61,222 bases of DNA, filler included, from 10 parts of 10 records of this genome joined end to end with filler, not necessarily neighbours in it; one strand, 5' to 3'. Counted from the first letter of the whole stretch, positions 42,065-52,478 are shown. Numbers and translations: made by a program. The notes: a model not told the origin generated them from the sequence alone.

Positions 42065-43356
42065 TGGACCCCTTCACGCTCTGCATCATCTCGATCATCC
42101 TTCTGGCGCTTATGGGCTTGCCGGTCGGTCACGCCATGATCGCCTCTTCGATCCTGTATCTGATGCTTGCCGGCCTCGATATGGGCACGGCCGCCGAGCA
42201 GATCCTGAACGGCCTGTTCTCGAGTTACATCCTGCTCGCCGTCCCGCTGTTCATCCTGGCGGCCGAACTGATGAATTCCGGCAGCATGACGCTTCGCCTT
42301 CTGGCGTTCTGCAATGCGTTCGTCGGTCGGTTCCGGGGCGGGCTGGCGCTGGTCAATGTCGCACAAAGCATCATCTTCGCCGGCATGTCCGGCTCCGCGC
42401 TTGCCGATGCTGCGGGCACCGGCAAGATGATGCAGAAGATGATGACCGAAGGCGGCAAATACCCGCCCGCGTTCGCGGCAGCTCTGACCGCCTCGACCGC
42501 CGTGATCGGACCGATCATTCCGCCCTCGATCCCGATGGTCATCTACGCGCTGGTTTCGGATGCCTCGATCGGCTACCTGTTCCTTGCGGGCGTGATCCCG
42601 GGGTTGCTGATGGGCATTATGCAGGCCGCCATCGTTCTGACGAGCGCGCGCCGCCGCTCCTTTCCGGTCGAAGAGCCGGTTCCGATGCGCAAGCTGCCGG
42701 GCATCGTCATCAAGGCCTTTCCGGTGCTGATGATGCCGGTCGTGCTTCTGGGCGGCATCTATGGCGGCGCCACCACGCCGACGGAGGCGGCTGCGGTCGC
42801 GGCTCTTTACGCTCTGGTGATATCCGCCCTGCTCTACAACAGCGTCACCGCCGGCGCGGTCTATCATTCACTGCTGTCGAGTGCGCGAACCACGGCGTCC
42901 ATCGGCATGCTGATCGCCGGGGCTCTGGTCTTCAATTATGTGGTGACGATCGAGAACGTGCCGACAATGCTGAGCCAGTGGCTTTCGGGCTTCGACCTTA
43001 CGCCGGTGATGTTCCTGCTGATCGTCAATCTCGTTCTTCTGGCGCTGGGCTGCCTGCTTGAAGGCACGACCGTGCTTCTGGTGATCGTGCCGGTGTTCAT
43101 TCCCACGGCCAACGCGCTCGGCATCGATCTGGTGCATTTCGGCGTCGTCTGCGTGGTCAATATCATGCTTGGTCTGATCACGCCGCCTTATGGCCTGTTG
43201 TTGTTCGTCATGTCGAACATATCCGGCAAATCAATGCATGCAATCATCCGCGAAATCATGCCTTTCCTGCTGGCGCTGATCGCCGCATTGCTGCTGATCA
43301 CGCTGGTTCCGGATATCTCGCTCTGGCTTCCGCGGCAGTTCGGTTACAAGGGGTAA
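42061..43356 (+). CDS. dctM: TRAP large permease DctM
   Basis: LLAVPLFIL, GMSGSALAD, IIPPSIP, TPTEAA, ITPPYG. Confidence 0.93.
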   Translation: MMDPFTLCIISIILLALMGLPVGHAMIASSILYLMLAGLDMGTAAEQILNGLFSSYILLAVPLFILAAELMNSGSMTLRLLAFCNAFVGRFRGGLALVNVAQSIIFAGMSGSALADAAGTGKMMQKMMTEGGKYPPAFAAALTASTAVIGPIIPPSIPMVIYALVSDASIGYLFLAGVIPGLLMGIMQAAIVLTSARRRSFPVEEPVPMRKLPGIVIKAFPVLMMPVVLLGGIYGGATTPTEAAAVAALYALVISALLYNSVTAGAVYHSLLSSARTTASIGMLIAGALVFNYVVTIENVPTMLSQWLSGFDLTPVMFLLIVNLVLLALGCLLEGTTVLLVIVPVFIPTANALGIDLVHFGVVCVVNIMLGLITPPYGLLLFVMSNISGKSMHAIIREIMPFLLALIAALLLITLVPDISLWLPRQFGYKG

Positions 43357-43362
43357 CGACAG

Positions 43363-43803
43363 ATGAAAAAACCGGTTTATGTCCTCAATGGTCCCAATCT
43401 GAACCGGCTTGGCCTGCGCGAGCCGGAAATCTACGGCCACACGACGCTGGCCGAAGTCGAGGCGTTGTGCAGGCAAGCCGCAGGGGAGGAGGGACTGGTG
43501 TTTCGCCAGACCAATTCCGAACAGGAGATGATCGAGTGGATCCACGAGGCGATCGACGCCTCGAGCGCCCTTCTGATCAATCCCGCCGCCTTCACCTTCT
43601 ATTCGATGGCGATGATGGATGCGCTGAAGATGTATCCCGGCCCGATGATCGAGTTCCACATTTCCAACGTCCACAAGCGCGAGCCGATGTATCACAATTC
43701 GCTGGTTTCGCCGGTGGCGACAGCGGTGATGGCCGGCTGCGGCGCGCGCGGCTATCCCCATGCGGTGCGCCTGCTGCGGGAAATGGCTGCGGAGACGCCT
43801 TGA
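43363..43803 (+). CDS. aroQ: Type II 3-dehydroquinate dehydratase
   Basis: LNGPNLNRLGLREPEIYG; EFHISNVHKRE. Confidence 0.88.
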   Translation: MKKPVYVLNGPNLNRLGLREPEIYGHTTLAEVEALCRQAAGEEGLVFRQTNSEQEMIEWIHEAIDASSALLINPAAFTFYSMAMMDALKMYPGPMIEFHISNVHKREPMYHNSLVSPVATAVMAGCGARGYPHAVRLLREMAAETP

Positions 43804-44026
43804 GGGCATTGATATTCAGGCCGGGGGCAGGGCGAGGCCGGAGTGCAGCCCTTTGACGCAAGCGGGCGGGGCGAGGGCTGCCGGGAAGCGGGTAGCAACG
43901 CTGCTGGCGCATGCCGAGCCGGACACCCATGGATTGAACCCGGCATCGCATTGCATCGGGTTATGTTTGAGTGCGCCGGCTCCCTGGCCAAAGAGCCGGC
44001 GTCTGTTGTCTATGAGGCCTGACCGC

Positions 44027-44638
44027 TCAGTTGACGGGCGGGGCCGCGGAAAGCGCCGCCTTGAAGCCCTTCATCGAAAGCGGCACGGCCAGTTGCTGCC
44101 CGTTCGACATCTCGAAGGCGACGGATACGGATGCCGACGACTTCAGCGCCTCGACCTGCGCGCCGGAAAGTTCCTTCTCCGCTATGCAGATCTGCGAGCA
44201 TGTCAGAAAGGTGAGCAGGATATCGGCGCCTTCGCCTGCGGCCGATATCGCGGCGCCCTTTGAGGGCTCCGACGGCTCGTCGCTCAGCGTGAGCGCGACC
44301 CCGGTGCGCAGCGCCACGTTGCCGGGCGTCTGCACCACGATCCGGTCGGCATCGCTGTCGGGCAATTTGCCGATGGCGATCGTGAGCAGTGGCTGCACCT
44401 GCCCGCCTTCCTGCTGCACATTCAGCATCTGCTTCACTTCGCAGATCCGTTGCGGCGCGCCGGGCGTCGTCTCACCCTGCTTCTGCACCTGTACCAGCAT
44501 GCAGTGCTGGGACCAGTCGCCATAGGAGACCGTGGTGTCGGATGCCGGAATCACATCCTCGTCCTGCGCCATCGCCGTGCCGGCGGCAAAAAGCCCCGCG
44601 GCGAGCATCGCCGTCCGGATCGCGTTCAATCGGGTCAT
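44027..44638 (-). CDS. Invasion-associated locus B (IalB) family protein
   Basis: Signal peptide; YGDWSQHC...CEV, FLTCSQIC, VPLSMKGFKAAL. Confidence 0.75.
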   Translation of the reverse strand: MTRLNAIRTAMLAAGLFAAGTAMAQDEDVIPASDTTVSYGDWSQHCMLVQVQKQGETTPGAPQRICEVKQMLNVQQEGGQVQPLLTIAIGKLPDSDADRIVVQTPGNVALRTGVALTLSDEPSEPSKGAAISAAGEGADILLTFLTCSQICIAEKELSGAQVEALKSSASVSVAFEMSNGQQLAVPLSMKGFKAALSAAPPVN

Positions 44639-44713
44639 GCTGTCAAATCCTCTTCGATGTTTCGAACGGGGGGTGTTTCGAAAGGGCCGGCAGGTGGCTG
44701 CCGGCCGCCACCC

Positions 44714-45472
44714 TCAGGCGGCCTTCGGTTTCGATACGGCGTCGTTGAGTTCGAGCAGGCCCTGCCAGTTCTGGCTGGACGCCATGTGCAGGACCACCGC
44801 GTCGGTGAAGCCCTTCTTGTGCCACTCAACGATGACCGCTTCCGGCAGCGCGCGGAACCGCTCGGGATCGACGACAAGCAGCCCGTCGAGCCGGTAGCGG
44901 CTGTTGTCGGGAAACGACATGTCTACATGCTTGTCGACCAGCAGGTCGTGCTCCTGCAGCGCCTTGACGAATTCATTGCCCTGCAGGGATTGCTGGTGAT
45001 AGGCGTTGCAGAATTCCATCATCGGCTGCGTTGCCTCGCCGGCGGTGCCTTCGGCGGTAAACAGCGGCGCGCCGTCCTTCGCCTTTTTCGCGGGCTTGAT
45101 CCGGTCGCAGGCCTGGTCGAAGCCGAGCACGGTCTGCGACTTGTCCTCCGACTGGACGAGAATGAAAGGATAGCGCCGCAGATAGGCGGGAATATACGTT
45201 CCCTGCCGCCATTCGCCCTTCTGGGTGACGAACAGGTTCTGCCCCTGTTTCAGCCCGGTGACGGCGACCGGCGCGGGCAGGTCCCCGCCGCGCGCGAACA
45301 CGATCGGGAAGTGGCGAACGGCCGGCAGAAACTCGCCGGGCGTCAGCGGAACGGCATTCGCCGTCGCGGCGAACCCAAAATCGGATGCCTTTTCAAGAAC
45401 GAGATCCTTGTGGTCTTCAAACCGAAGGACCTGCGGATCCCCGTAGAAAAGCGGAAGTGCGTTGACTGCCAT
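44714..45472 (-). CDS. SapC family protein
   Basis: VPLTPGEF...FPIVF...GLKQGQNLFV...YIPAYLRRYPF. Confidence 0.85.
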   Translation of the reverse strand: MAVNALPLFYGDPQVLRFEDHKDLVLEKASDFGFAATANAVPLTPGEFLPAVRHFPIVFARGGDLPAPVAVTGLKQGQNLFVTQKGEWRQGTYIPAYLRRYPFILVQSEDKSQTVLGFDQACDRIKPAKKAKDGAPLFTAEGTAGEATQPMMEFCNAYHQQSLQGNEFVKALQEHDLLVDKHVDMSFPDNSRYRLDGLLVVDPERFRALPEAVIVEWHKKGFTDAVVLHMASSQNWQGLLELNDAVSKPKAA

Positions 45473-45489
45473 GGATGAGTGTTCCTCTT

Positions 45490-45692
45490 GTGGAATTTGT
45501 AGCGGCTTATTTTTTATACAGAGATTTGTCTATCTGAAATATAAGAATCGATATTCATGGAGATAGTCAACAAAAATAGAAATAATTATGTATCACTAAA
45601 TTAATATATATAATATATAAAGTTAAATATCTTTTTATTATTTTATCTAAATGAAATACTACTAGTAATAGTTTCGATAATTTATTTATTCA
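45490..45692. promoter_or_regulatory. Very AT-rich region upstream of the sapC-ialB genes
   Basis: About 200 bp dominated by A/T (e.g. TTAATATATATAATATATAAAG) inside a GC-rich contig; regulatory role is inferred from position only. Confidence 0.55.
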
Positions 45693-46032
45693 AGGCGCCT
45701 CGGTTGCGGCGAGCCTGGTTGTTACGTGCAGAAATCGGGCGTATTGCCGCCGCACGAATTTCCGCCGAAGAGCACGGTCCATCACTATTCAAACGGTTCG
45801 TCGGGACGGGACATGGCGACGCATTCATGGCGCGCTCGATTGCCAAACGCGACAACTGGAGGGTCGCGAAGAGCAGCCGTCATTTGCCATCATCGATAAC
45901 CAATCGGTATCGACAGGCAATCGAAGCGCTATCAAGGTTGTCGAACTGGTCGCGATCTCGGTTGCCAGCACGGTGTTTCGCGCCGAACCGGAGGGGCCGT
46001 ATGGCCTTCCGCGACCGGATGAACGCTCGCGC

Positions 46033-47997
46033 TCATTTCCTGCGTCCGCGCATCAGCATCACCAGGAACGGTGCGCCGATGAGCGAGGCGGCGAGACCGG
46101 CCGGGATTTCATAAGGGAAAATCACGGTGCGGCCGGCCCAGTCGGCCAGCGTCATCAGACCGCCACCGAGAAGGGTTGCGCCGATGATCATGTCGGCGGG
46201 GCGCCTGAGGCCCAGGAGACGGGCGCCATGCGGGGCCATCAGCCCGACGAAGCTGAGCGGCCCGACGCAAAGCGTCGCGGCGGCGCTCATCAGCCCGGCC
46301 AGCAGAAGCAGCACGCCTCGCGCCCGCGCGACATCGACTCCGCGCGCCGATGCCACGGCATTGCCAAGCGGCAGGTAGGTGAGCCAGCGGCGGAACAGCA
46401 GTGCCGGCGGCAGCGTCGTCGCAAGCGCGAGCGCTGCAAGACCGGCGAGCGGCAAGGTGGCGCTGTAGGTCGATCCGCTTAGCCATCGCATCAGGAACAG
46501 CGCCCTCGGATCGCCGCTCGCGCCGAGAAAGCCGATGACGGCATCGGCGAGCGCCGTCAATGCGATGCCGCCGAGCAGGACCCGCTCCGGGGCCAGGCCG
46601 GAACGCAGCGCCAGCAGGAAGATCACGGCGATGACGACGCACGCGCCGGTGGCGGCCATTGCCAACTGCGCCGCAAGCGGAAGCGTCGCGAACACCAGCA
46701 CGCCGGCAGTCACGCCGAGCGTCGCGCCGGCGCCGATGCCGAGAATTTCGGGGCTCGCCATCTCGTTGCCGGTGAGCCGCTGCAGGATGACGCCGGCGAC
46801 CGCGAGCATCGCGCCGGCGAGAAAGGCCACCATGATCCGCGGCGCGCGCAATGGCGCGATCGCGGCGAAGAGGTCCGGCGTCAGCACGGTGACCGCTCCC
46901 GTTCCATCGCGGCCGATGAACAGGGCAAGGGCAAGGACGACGATGCTGAGCAGGGCGGCAAGAAAGAGCCCCATCCTGACGTGACGCCTGGACGGATCGG
47001 CTCGGATAGCGGCATCGGGCCTGCGATGCCGAATCTTCAGGCGTGACAGAAGCCCGATCAGAAGCGGCGCGCCGATGACCGCCGTGACCGCCCCCGTCGG
47101 CACCAGCCCGCCATCGCCGGAGGCAAGCCACGCCACCGCATTGTCGGTAAGGAACAGCAGCGCCGCGCCGATGACGGCCGACCATATCAGGACTTCGCCC
47201 GGCCGCCGCGCTCCGGTGAGCCGGGCGACGGTGGGCGCCACAAGGCCGACAAAACCGATCACGCCGACCGCGCTGGTAACGATGGCGGCAAAGGCCACCG
47301 CCACCGCCATCGCCGCAAGGCGCAGGCCATTGATGCTGACGCCAAGCGACTTTGCGCCGGCGTCGCCGAGATCGATCAGCGTCAGCGGTCGGATCAGAAG
47401 GGCCGTCATGACCGCGAGCACCGCAAATTTGACGGCAAGGCCGAGCGGCGCCGACCAGCTCTGCTGGGCGAGCGATCCCGCACCCCAGATGAAGAGGCCG
47501 GCGAGGTAGCGTTCGTTCAAAAGCAGCAGCACGGCGGAAAGCGCGCCGCACCAGAGCCCGACGATCAGGCCGGCAATCACCAGCGCGAACGGGGAAAAAT
47601 TCTGCCGTGCGCCGATCAGCAGCACGAACCCGGCAGCGCTCGCAGATCCCGCGAGCGCGACAAGATCACGCCCAAGCCCGAGAAGGCCCGGCGCAAACAG
47701 CATGGCGAGCGCCAGCGCCAGCCCGCCGCCGGCGGAAACGCCAAGCGTCGTCGGCGAGGCCAGCGGGTTGCGCAGGACCTGCTGGAAGATCGCTCCGGAA
47801 AGCGAAAGCGCTGCCCCGCACAAGAGCGCGGTCGCCATGCGCGGCAGGGTGGAATACCAGAGCACCATCCGGCCGATATCGTAGCTTTCGCCGGCTACAC
47901 CCCCGCCCGGCGACGCGATCATCCACAAGGCGATCGCAAGGCCAAGGCCGCCAAGAACAAGGCTGACAGCCGCCGGTCCAAGTCTTTCACCCGTCAT
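46033..47997 (-). CDS. fhuB: Fe3+-hydroxamate ABC permease (two fused halves)
   Basis: 654 aa; RNPLASPTTLGV and GNEMASPEILGI; GFVGLVAP and SFVGLMAPH. Confidence 0.92.
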   Translation of the reverse strand: MTGERLGPAAVSLVLGGLGLAIALWMIASPGGGVAGESYDIGRMVLWYSTLPRMATALLCGAALSLSGAIFQQVLRNPLASPTTLGVSAGGGLALALAMLFAPGLLGLGRDLVALAGSASAAGFVLLIGARQNFSPFALVIAGLIVGLWCGALSAVLLLLNERYLAGLFIWGAGSLAQQSWSAPLGLAVKFAVLAVMTALLIRPLTLIDLGDAGAKSLGVSINGLRLAAMAVAVAFAAIVTSAVGVIGFVGLVAPTVARLTGARRPGEVLIWSAVIGAALLFLTDNAVAWLASGDGGLVPTGAVTAVIGAPLLIGLLSRLKIRHRRPDAAIRADPSRRHVRMGLFLAALLSIVVLALALFIGRDGTGAVTVLTPDLFAAIAPLRAPRIMVAFLAGAMLAVAGVILQRLTGNEMASPEILGIGAGATLGVTAGVLVFATLPLAAQLAMAATGACVVIAVIFLLALRSGLAPERVLLGGIALTALADAVIGFLGASGDPRALFLMRWLSGSTYSATLPLAGLAALALATTLPPALLFRRWLTYLPLGNAVASARGVDVARARGVLLLLAGLMSAAATLCVGPLSFVGLMAPHGARLLGLRRPADMIIGATLLGGGLMTLADWAGRTVIFPYEIPAGLAASLIGAPFLVMLMRGRRK

Positions 47998-48899
47998 GCC
48001 CGTGCTTCCATGGCTTCGGTGAGGAGCGTCGCGAAGCGCGCGGCCTCATTGACCATGCCAAACAGCAGCACCGGCGGGATCACCACGCGCCGTTCCCGCG
48101 CCGCAAAAGGCAACGCCCGCCACAGCGGACTGCGCTCCAGCCGCGGCAAGACATCGGGCGCAAGCGGCTCTACGATGACGAGTTGCGTATCGGGATCGCC
48201 GATCCGCGCCAGATCGGCGACGGCGATGGTCTCATAACCCCAGTAATTGGATTGCCCCTGCCAGGCGTTGGCGACGCCGAGCCGGTTCAAGACCGCGTCA
48301 TAGAGCCCGGGACTGGAATAGACCCGCAGATGGCGTTCATCGAGAAAGGAGACGATCGCGACAGGCGGCAAGGCGAGCCGGCGAAGCCGCGCGGCGCAAT
48401 CGTCGAAAAGCGCCTCGGTCTTCTCGAGAAAGGTTTCCGCCGCGGCCATGCGATCGACGGCTTCGCCAAGCCTCAGCGTCGCGGCAGCGGCATTTTCCAG
48501 CACCGGTCCCTCCGCAACGCCATAAACCCCAAGACTGAGAACCGGGGCATAGGGCTCGAGCCGGGGCGTCAGTTGGGCGAGGAACGGCGTCGTCAGGATC
48601 AGATCTGGCTTCAGCCCGGCCACTACCTCGAAGCTGATTTCCCATGAGGAGCCGAGATCCGCGACATTCTCAGGCATCGCCGGCTCGCCGACCCATCGCG
48701 CCCAGCCATCAAGCGAGGCGACGGCGGCGGGCGTTACGCCAAGGGCGAGCAGCGTCGAGGCGCCGGCATAGTCGAGGCAGGCAACCCTCTGCGGCGCCTG
48801 CGCCCGTGCCGGCAGGACCGGCAGCAGCGCGGCGGTCGGCAGCAGCGCCAGCAATGCGCGGCGCCCGATCATGACGGAGTGCATCGGGTCAGCGGACAT
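47994..48899 (-). CDS. fhuD: Fe3+-hydroxamate ABC substrate-binding protein
   Basis: Tat-like GRRALL leader; LLALGVTP, LKPDLIL, NAWQGQSNYWG. Confidence 0.85.
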   Translation of the reverse strand: MSADPMHSVMIGRRALLALLPTAALLPVLPARAQAPQRVACLDYAGASTLLALGVTPAAVASLDGWARWVGEPAMPENVADLGSSWEISFEVVAGLKPDLILTTPFLAQLTPRLEPYAPVLSLGVYGVAEGPVLENAAAATLRLGEAVDRMAAAETFLEKTEALFDDCAARLRRLALPPVAIVSFLDERHLRVYSSPGLYDAVLNRLGVANAWQGQSNYWGYETIAVADLARIGDPDTQLVIVEPLAPDVLPRLERSPLWRALPFAARERRVVIPPVLLFGMVNEAARFATLLTEAMEARA

Positions 48900-49701
48900 A
48901 GGCAAGCGGCACAGACTGGCTCGGATGCGGCAGGACATCCATCTCGACGCCATAAATCTGACGCAGCGTATCGGGCTTGAGGAAGGCGGACGGCGTGCCG
49001 TCGGCGACCAGCCGCCCGCCCTTCAGCGCATAGAGATGATCGGAAAACCGCGCCGCCATGTTGATGTCGTGCAGCACGATGATCACCGACAGGCCGTTTT
49101 CGTGCGACAGCCTTCTGATCAGGCTCAGCACCTCGATCTGGTGGGCGATATCGAGCGCGGATGTCGGCTCGTCAAGCAGGAGGCAGCGGCTGTCCTGGGC
49201 GATCATCATGGCGATCCAGGCGCGCTGGCGTTCTCCGCCGGAGAGCGTGTCGACCATGCGCTCCGCCATTGCCGCTAGCCCGGCCATGACAAGTGCTCCC
49301 TCGACCTTCTCCCGGTCCGCCTCGCTGAAGCGGCCGATGGCGCCATGCCAGGGATAGCGCCCGCAGGCAACGAGTTCGCGCACGGTCATGCCGGTTGCCA
49401 CGCCGGTGTCCTGGGCGAGATAGGCGATGCTGCGGGCAAAGCTGCGCGCCGCGATCGCCTCCACCGGCCCGCCGGCGAACAGGACACGACCGGCCGACGG
49501 CTTTTCCTGACGCGCGAGAAGCTTCAGCAGCGTCGACTTTCCCGAGCCGTTATGGCCGACCAGGGCGGAAACCGCACCAGCGGGAAAGCGGACGGAAATG
49601 TCCGAAAGAAGCGCCCTGCCTTCAACCGAGAATGACAGGTCCTCGGTCGCAAAACCGGTATCCTTTGTCGTCTGAGACGCTGAACTGGTGGCAAAATCCA
49701 T
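48889..49701 (-). CDS. fhuC: Fe3+-hydroxamate ABC ATP-binding protein
   Basis: GHNGSGKST, GRYPWHG, LSGGERQRAWIA, DEPTSALDIAHQ. Confidence 0.92.
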   Translation of the reverse strand: MDFATSSASQTTKDTGFATEDLSFSVEGRALLSDISVRFPAGAVSALVGHNGSGKSTLLKLLARQEKPSAGRVLFAGGPVEAIAARSFARSIAYLAQDTGVATGMTVRELVACGRYPWHGAIGRFSEADREKVEGALVMAGLAAMAERMVDTLSGGERQRAWIAMMIAQDSRCLLLDEPTSALDIAHQIEVLSLIRRLSHENGLSVIIVLHDINMAARFSDHLYALKGGRLVADGTPSAFLKPDTLRQIYGVEMDVLPHPSQSVPLAYVR

Positions 49702-49994
49702 CGGATCATCCTGAATTCCGGGNNNNNNNNNNNNNNNNNNNNNNNNNNNNNNNNNNNNNNNNNNNNTTAATTAATTAANNNNNNNNNNNNNNNNNNNNNN
49801 NNNNNNNNNNNNNNNNNNNNNNTCGGGGGGGTCAAGAGGGGTTTTGGCCAGCGCGTAAATAAACCCAGCAAGAATTGCTCTCACTGGGTTGTATTGCCAT
49901 GACGCCTGCGACAGTTCGACTACGAGCCTCATCTTCGCAGATCTGTTCTTTATCATGGCGGCAGGCACACATGATATTTTAGTTTATCTGAGCG

Positions 49995-50528
49995 TCAAGA
50001 TGCGATTGGTTGTACTTTTTCGAGATGGAACAACTGGTAGACTTCTTTATCTTGAATACCGTCTTTTCTCTTGTAGCGTCGATGCTCTTTTCTCCCGTCG
50101 TACAGGCAGCCTTTCAGGATCGCCAGCTCGCATTCAATTATACACATCTCTCTGGTTATGCGATCTGGTTCTTCATCGATCATTTCGAACAGATCAACCT
50201 CCATCATTGCTTCAAACATCTGCTTGGCGATCGGGTTTTGCTTTGCCCTATAGAGACGACCAACATACGAATCCGCTTCACCACCACTGAAATGATCAAG
50301 CCCTTCGATAACGTTCAAGCCAACCCCTAAGTCAAGGAATCGACCAAGAGACCATCCAGAATTGTGAAGTCGTGTGCACTCATGGATATAAAATGCGGTC
50401 GCAGTATCGATGGTGACACACCACTTCGCAATCTTCTCATTCCGCTGAATTACAGCAGTGTCACTGTAAAGTTCATCTGCTATCTGCTTGACTTTTTTGA
50501 ATTGCTCAATCGATTTTTCCAATTCCAT
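49995..50528 (-). CDS. Hypothetical protein
   Basis: 177 aa ORF with a plausible RBS, co-oriented with neighbours. Confidence 0.6.
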   Translation of the reverse strand: MELEKSIEQFKKVKQIADELYSDTAVIQRNEKIAKWCVTIDTATAFYIHECTRLHNSGWSLGRFLDLGVGLNVIEGLDHFSGGEADSYVGRLYRAKQNPIAKQMFEAMMEVDLFEMIDEEPDRITREMCIIECELAILKGCLYDGRKEHRRYKRKDGIQDKEVYQLFHLEKVQPIAS

Positions 50529-50606
50529 AACCTGCTCCTAGATAAAGCTACCTATACCAAATCGTATCTTCGATTACCCAGTTAATGAATGATTCCCAGA
50601 ATTGTT

Positions 50607-50912
50607 TCATGCCTCACCATCGCTTTCGTCGGCTGACCAATTGAAAACATGGTCGCAGTAGCAGCAGTGGTCTGGGAAAAAGTCATCGTGATTGATGAAG
50701 TAAAACCCATTTTCGCAATCAGGACATACACACCATATCAAGTCATCAAGAGCACCTTTGAGGTAGTATTCTTTCGGGATTTCTTCTTCGCTTCCCGTCT
50801 CCTGATCAACCACAACAACATGATCAAACTTGATTTCAAACACTTGAACGTTGCGACCGTCGATCAGTGTGGCAAAATCGTCTACGTCGCATTGACCTAT
50901 CCGCTTAAGCAT
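50607..50912 (-). CDS. Hypothetical protein with C-terminal Zn-ribbon-like motif
   Basis: CPDC...CCYC. Confidence 0.6.
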   Translation of the reverse strand: MLKRIGQCDVDDFATLIDGRNVQVFEIKFDHVVVVDQETGSEEEIPKEYYLKGALDDLIWCVCPDCENGFYFINHDDFFPDHCCYCDHVFNWSADESDGEA

Positions 50913-50915
50913 AAT

Positions 50916-51230
50916 TCACCTGCAATCCTGACAACGGTTTTTCCCGTTTTTCTGGGCAACCTGATCGTCTCGGAACTGCCCTTTAAATATGGTCCCGCCA
51001 CACCTGTGGCACTCTGTTAAAGGCACCCACTCTTGAGTGATGCGAAGAATTGCAAGGTCCGGGAACGTGTGTTTGAGCCGTTGCGACACACGCGAGATTG
51101 AAATATCTTCAACAATCGCGGCTTCGGTCGGGACATTCGATCCCCTTGGAGCAAGCAGACAGATAAACTTATTTACGCTCATGTGCAAATCCTTTGCGGA
51201 TAAGTTTAGCACGTAAATAATTCCTGTCAT
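50916..51230 (-). CDS. Hypothetical protein with C-terminal Zn-ribbon-like motif
   Basis: CHRCG...CQDC; start may be 51182. Confidence 0.55.
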   Translation of the reverse strand: MTGIIYVLNLSAKDLHMSVNKFICLLAPRGSNVPTEAAIVEDISISRVSQRLKHTFPDLAILRITQEWVPLTECHRCGGTIFKGQFRDDQVAQKNGKNRCQDCR

Positions 51231-51263
51231 GGTTTAAATTCAGTAACTAGTACAAGTATCTAC

Positions 51264-51584
51264 TCAGGCGGTAACAGTGACTGAAATATCCATCACGAAG
51301 TTGTTACCCGCATCGCTCGGGGCTTCGACTCGAATTGAGTAAGTACCCGCTGATACTGCCGTGAGCTTGAACTGTACCACCTGACCGGCAATGCAGTTGT
51401 CTGACAGGATTTTCAAATTGCCTTCATTGATCGCCACGCTTGTTGCGGTCACCCCGTCGGTGTCGCTTGAGACTGCTGTCGGTGAGGACGTAAGGAGCTC
51501 GTCGGTATCCAGTTTGTGCTGAAACGTAATGGAAACCGTCTCTATCGCACCGACTATCAAAGTGATTATTGAATCCGCAGCCAT
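51264..51584 (-). CDS. Putative phage fiber adaptor/Ig-like protein
   Basis: 106 aa, beta-rich, directly downstream of the repeat protein; function inferred. Confidence 0.5.
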   Translation of the reverse strand: MAADSIITLIVGAIETVSITFQHKLDTDELLTSSPTAVSSDTDGVTATSVAINEGNLKILSDNCIAGQVVQFKLTAVSAGTYSIRVEAPSDAGNNFVMDISVTVTA

Positions 51585-51585
51585 G

Positions 51586-52467
51586 TTAAGTCCTCCCTGC
51601 TGTGAATTGAAGCGGCTGTCCGGCTGCTCTGAGGTGTATGTTCTTGCTGGTGGCTGCTAAATGTGTCTGTCTGAGGCTGGATCTTAAATCAATCGGTTCG
51701 CCTCCTGATATGTGATGTTTCACACCAGTTGCCCTGAGTTCAATCCCAGGGACTTCATTAAAAGTACTCACTGCGGCAGAGGTTGGAGTCACCAGCGTTA
51801 CCGTGATTGTGAGCGGGTTAATCGCCACCAGTTGCCCAGCAGTGACCGCAGGAGTCACGACTGACATGGATGTGATTAATGGATCAGGTGTTGCCGTTGC
51901 ACCTGCTGTTACCGTTGGGGTGATCACAGAATACACAAACGACAATGGATCTATAACCAGAGACTGCCCAGCAGACACCGTTGGCGTTACCAGCGAAAGA
52001 CTCAACGTCAATGGCGATGGTGTCACGATTGGCCCGGAAACAACTGTCGGAGTTACTAAAGACACGGTTGCCGATAGCGGATCAGGGGTCAGTATTTGTC
52101 CTGCGTTTACTGTCGGTGCGGCAACAGAGACAATTACCGACAGTGGATCTATGCTTAAGATCGCCCCAGCAGTTACCAGAGGCGACACAACAGACATACT
52201 TGCCGTGATCGGGTCAGGTGTCAACGTGCTCCCAGCGGCCACCACAGGGACCACCAGGGACACAGTGGCTGTCAATGCGTCCAAAGTCACTGCCTGACCT
52301 GCAGAAGCCGCAGGGGCCACCACAGACACCGTTATGACTTGAGCAGGAACTGCAATGGTGGACCCGACCGTCACCGTAGGCGCAACGACAGAGACGCCGA
52401 TTGAAATCGGATCTATCGTGACAACTGTTGACTGTGTCACATCGGCATCTATGAGCAGTTGAAGCAT
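51586..52467 (-). CDS. Repeat protein with ten 22-aa repeats, putative virion fiber
   Basis: Consensus (P/I)DPLxxxxSVVTPTVxAGxxxx repeated ten times. Confidence 0.7.
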   Translation of the reverse strand: MLQLLIDADVTQSTVVTIDPISIGVSVVAPTVTVGSTIAVPAQVITVSVVAPAASAGQAVTLDALTATVSLVVPVVAAGSTLTPDPITASMSVVSPLVTAGAILSIDPLSVIVSVAAPTVNAGQILTPDPLSATVSLVTPTVVSGPIVTPSPLTLSLSLVTPTVSAGQSLVIDPLSFVYSVITPTVTAGATATPDPLITSMSVVTPAVTAGQLVAINPLTITVTLVTPTSAAVSTFNEVPGIELRATGVKHHISGGEPIDLRSSLRQTHLAATSKNIHLRAAGQPLQFTAGRT

Positions 52468-52478
52468 GTCAGTCTCTG

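Noticed and set aside
11157-49635. Many long antisense or overlapping ORFs (e.g. 11157-12461, 13652-14980, 22928-24658, 27993-29345, 31012-32430, 46109-47551)
   Set aside because: Shadow ORFs of well-supported genes in high-GC DNA, with no motifs of their own.
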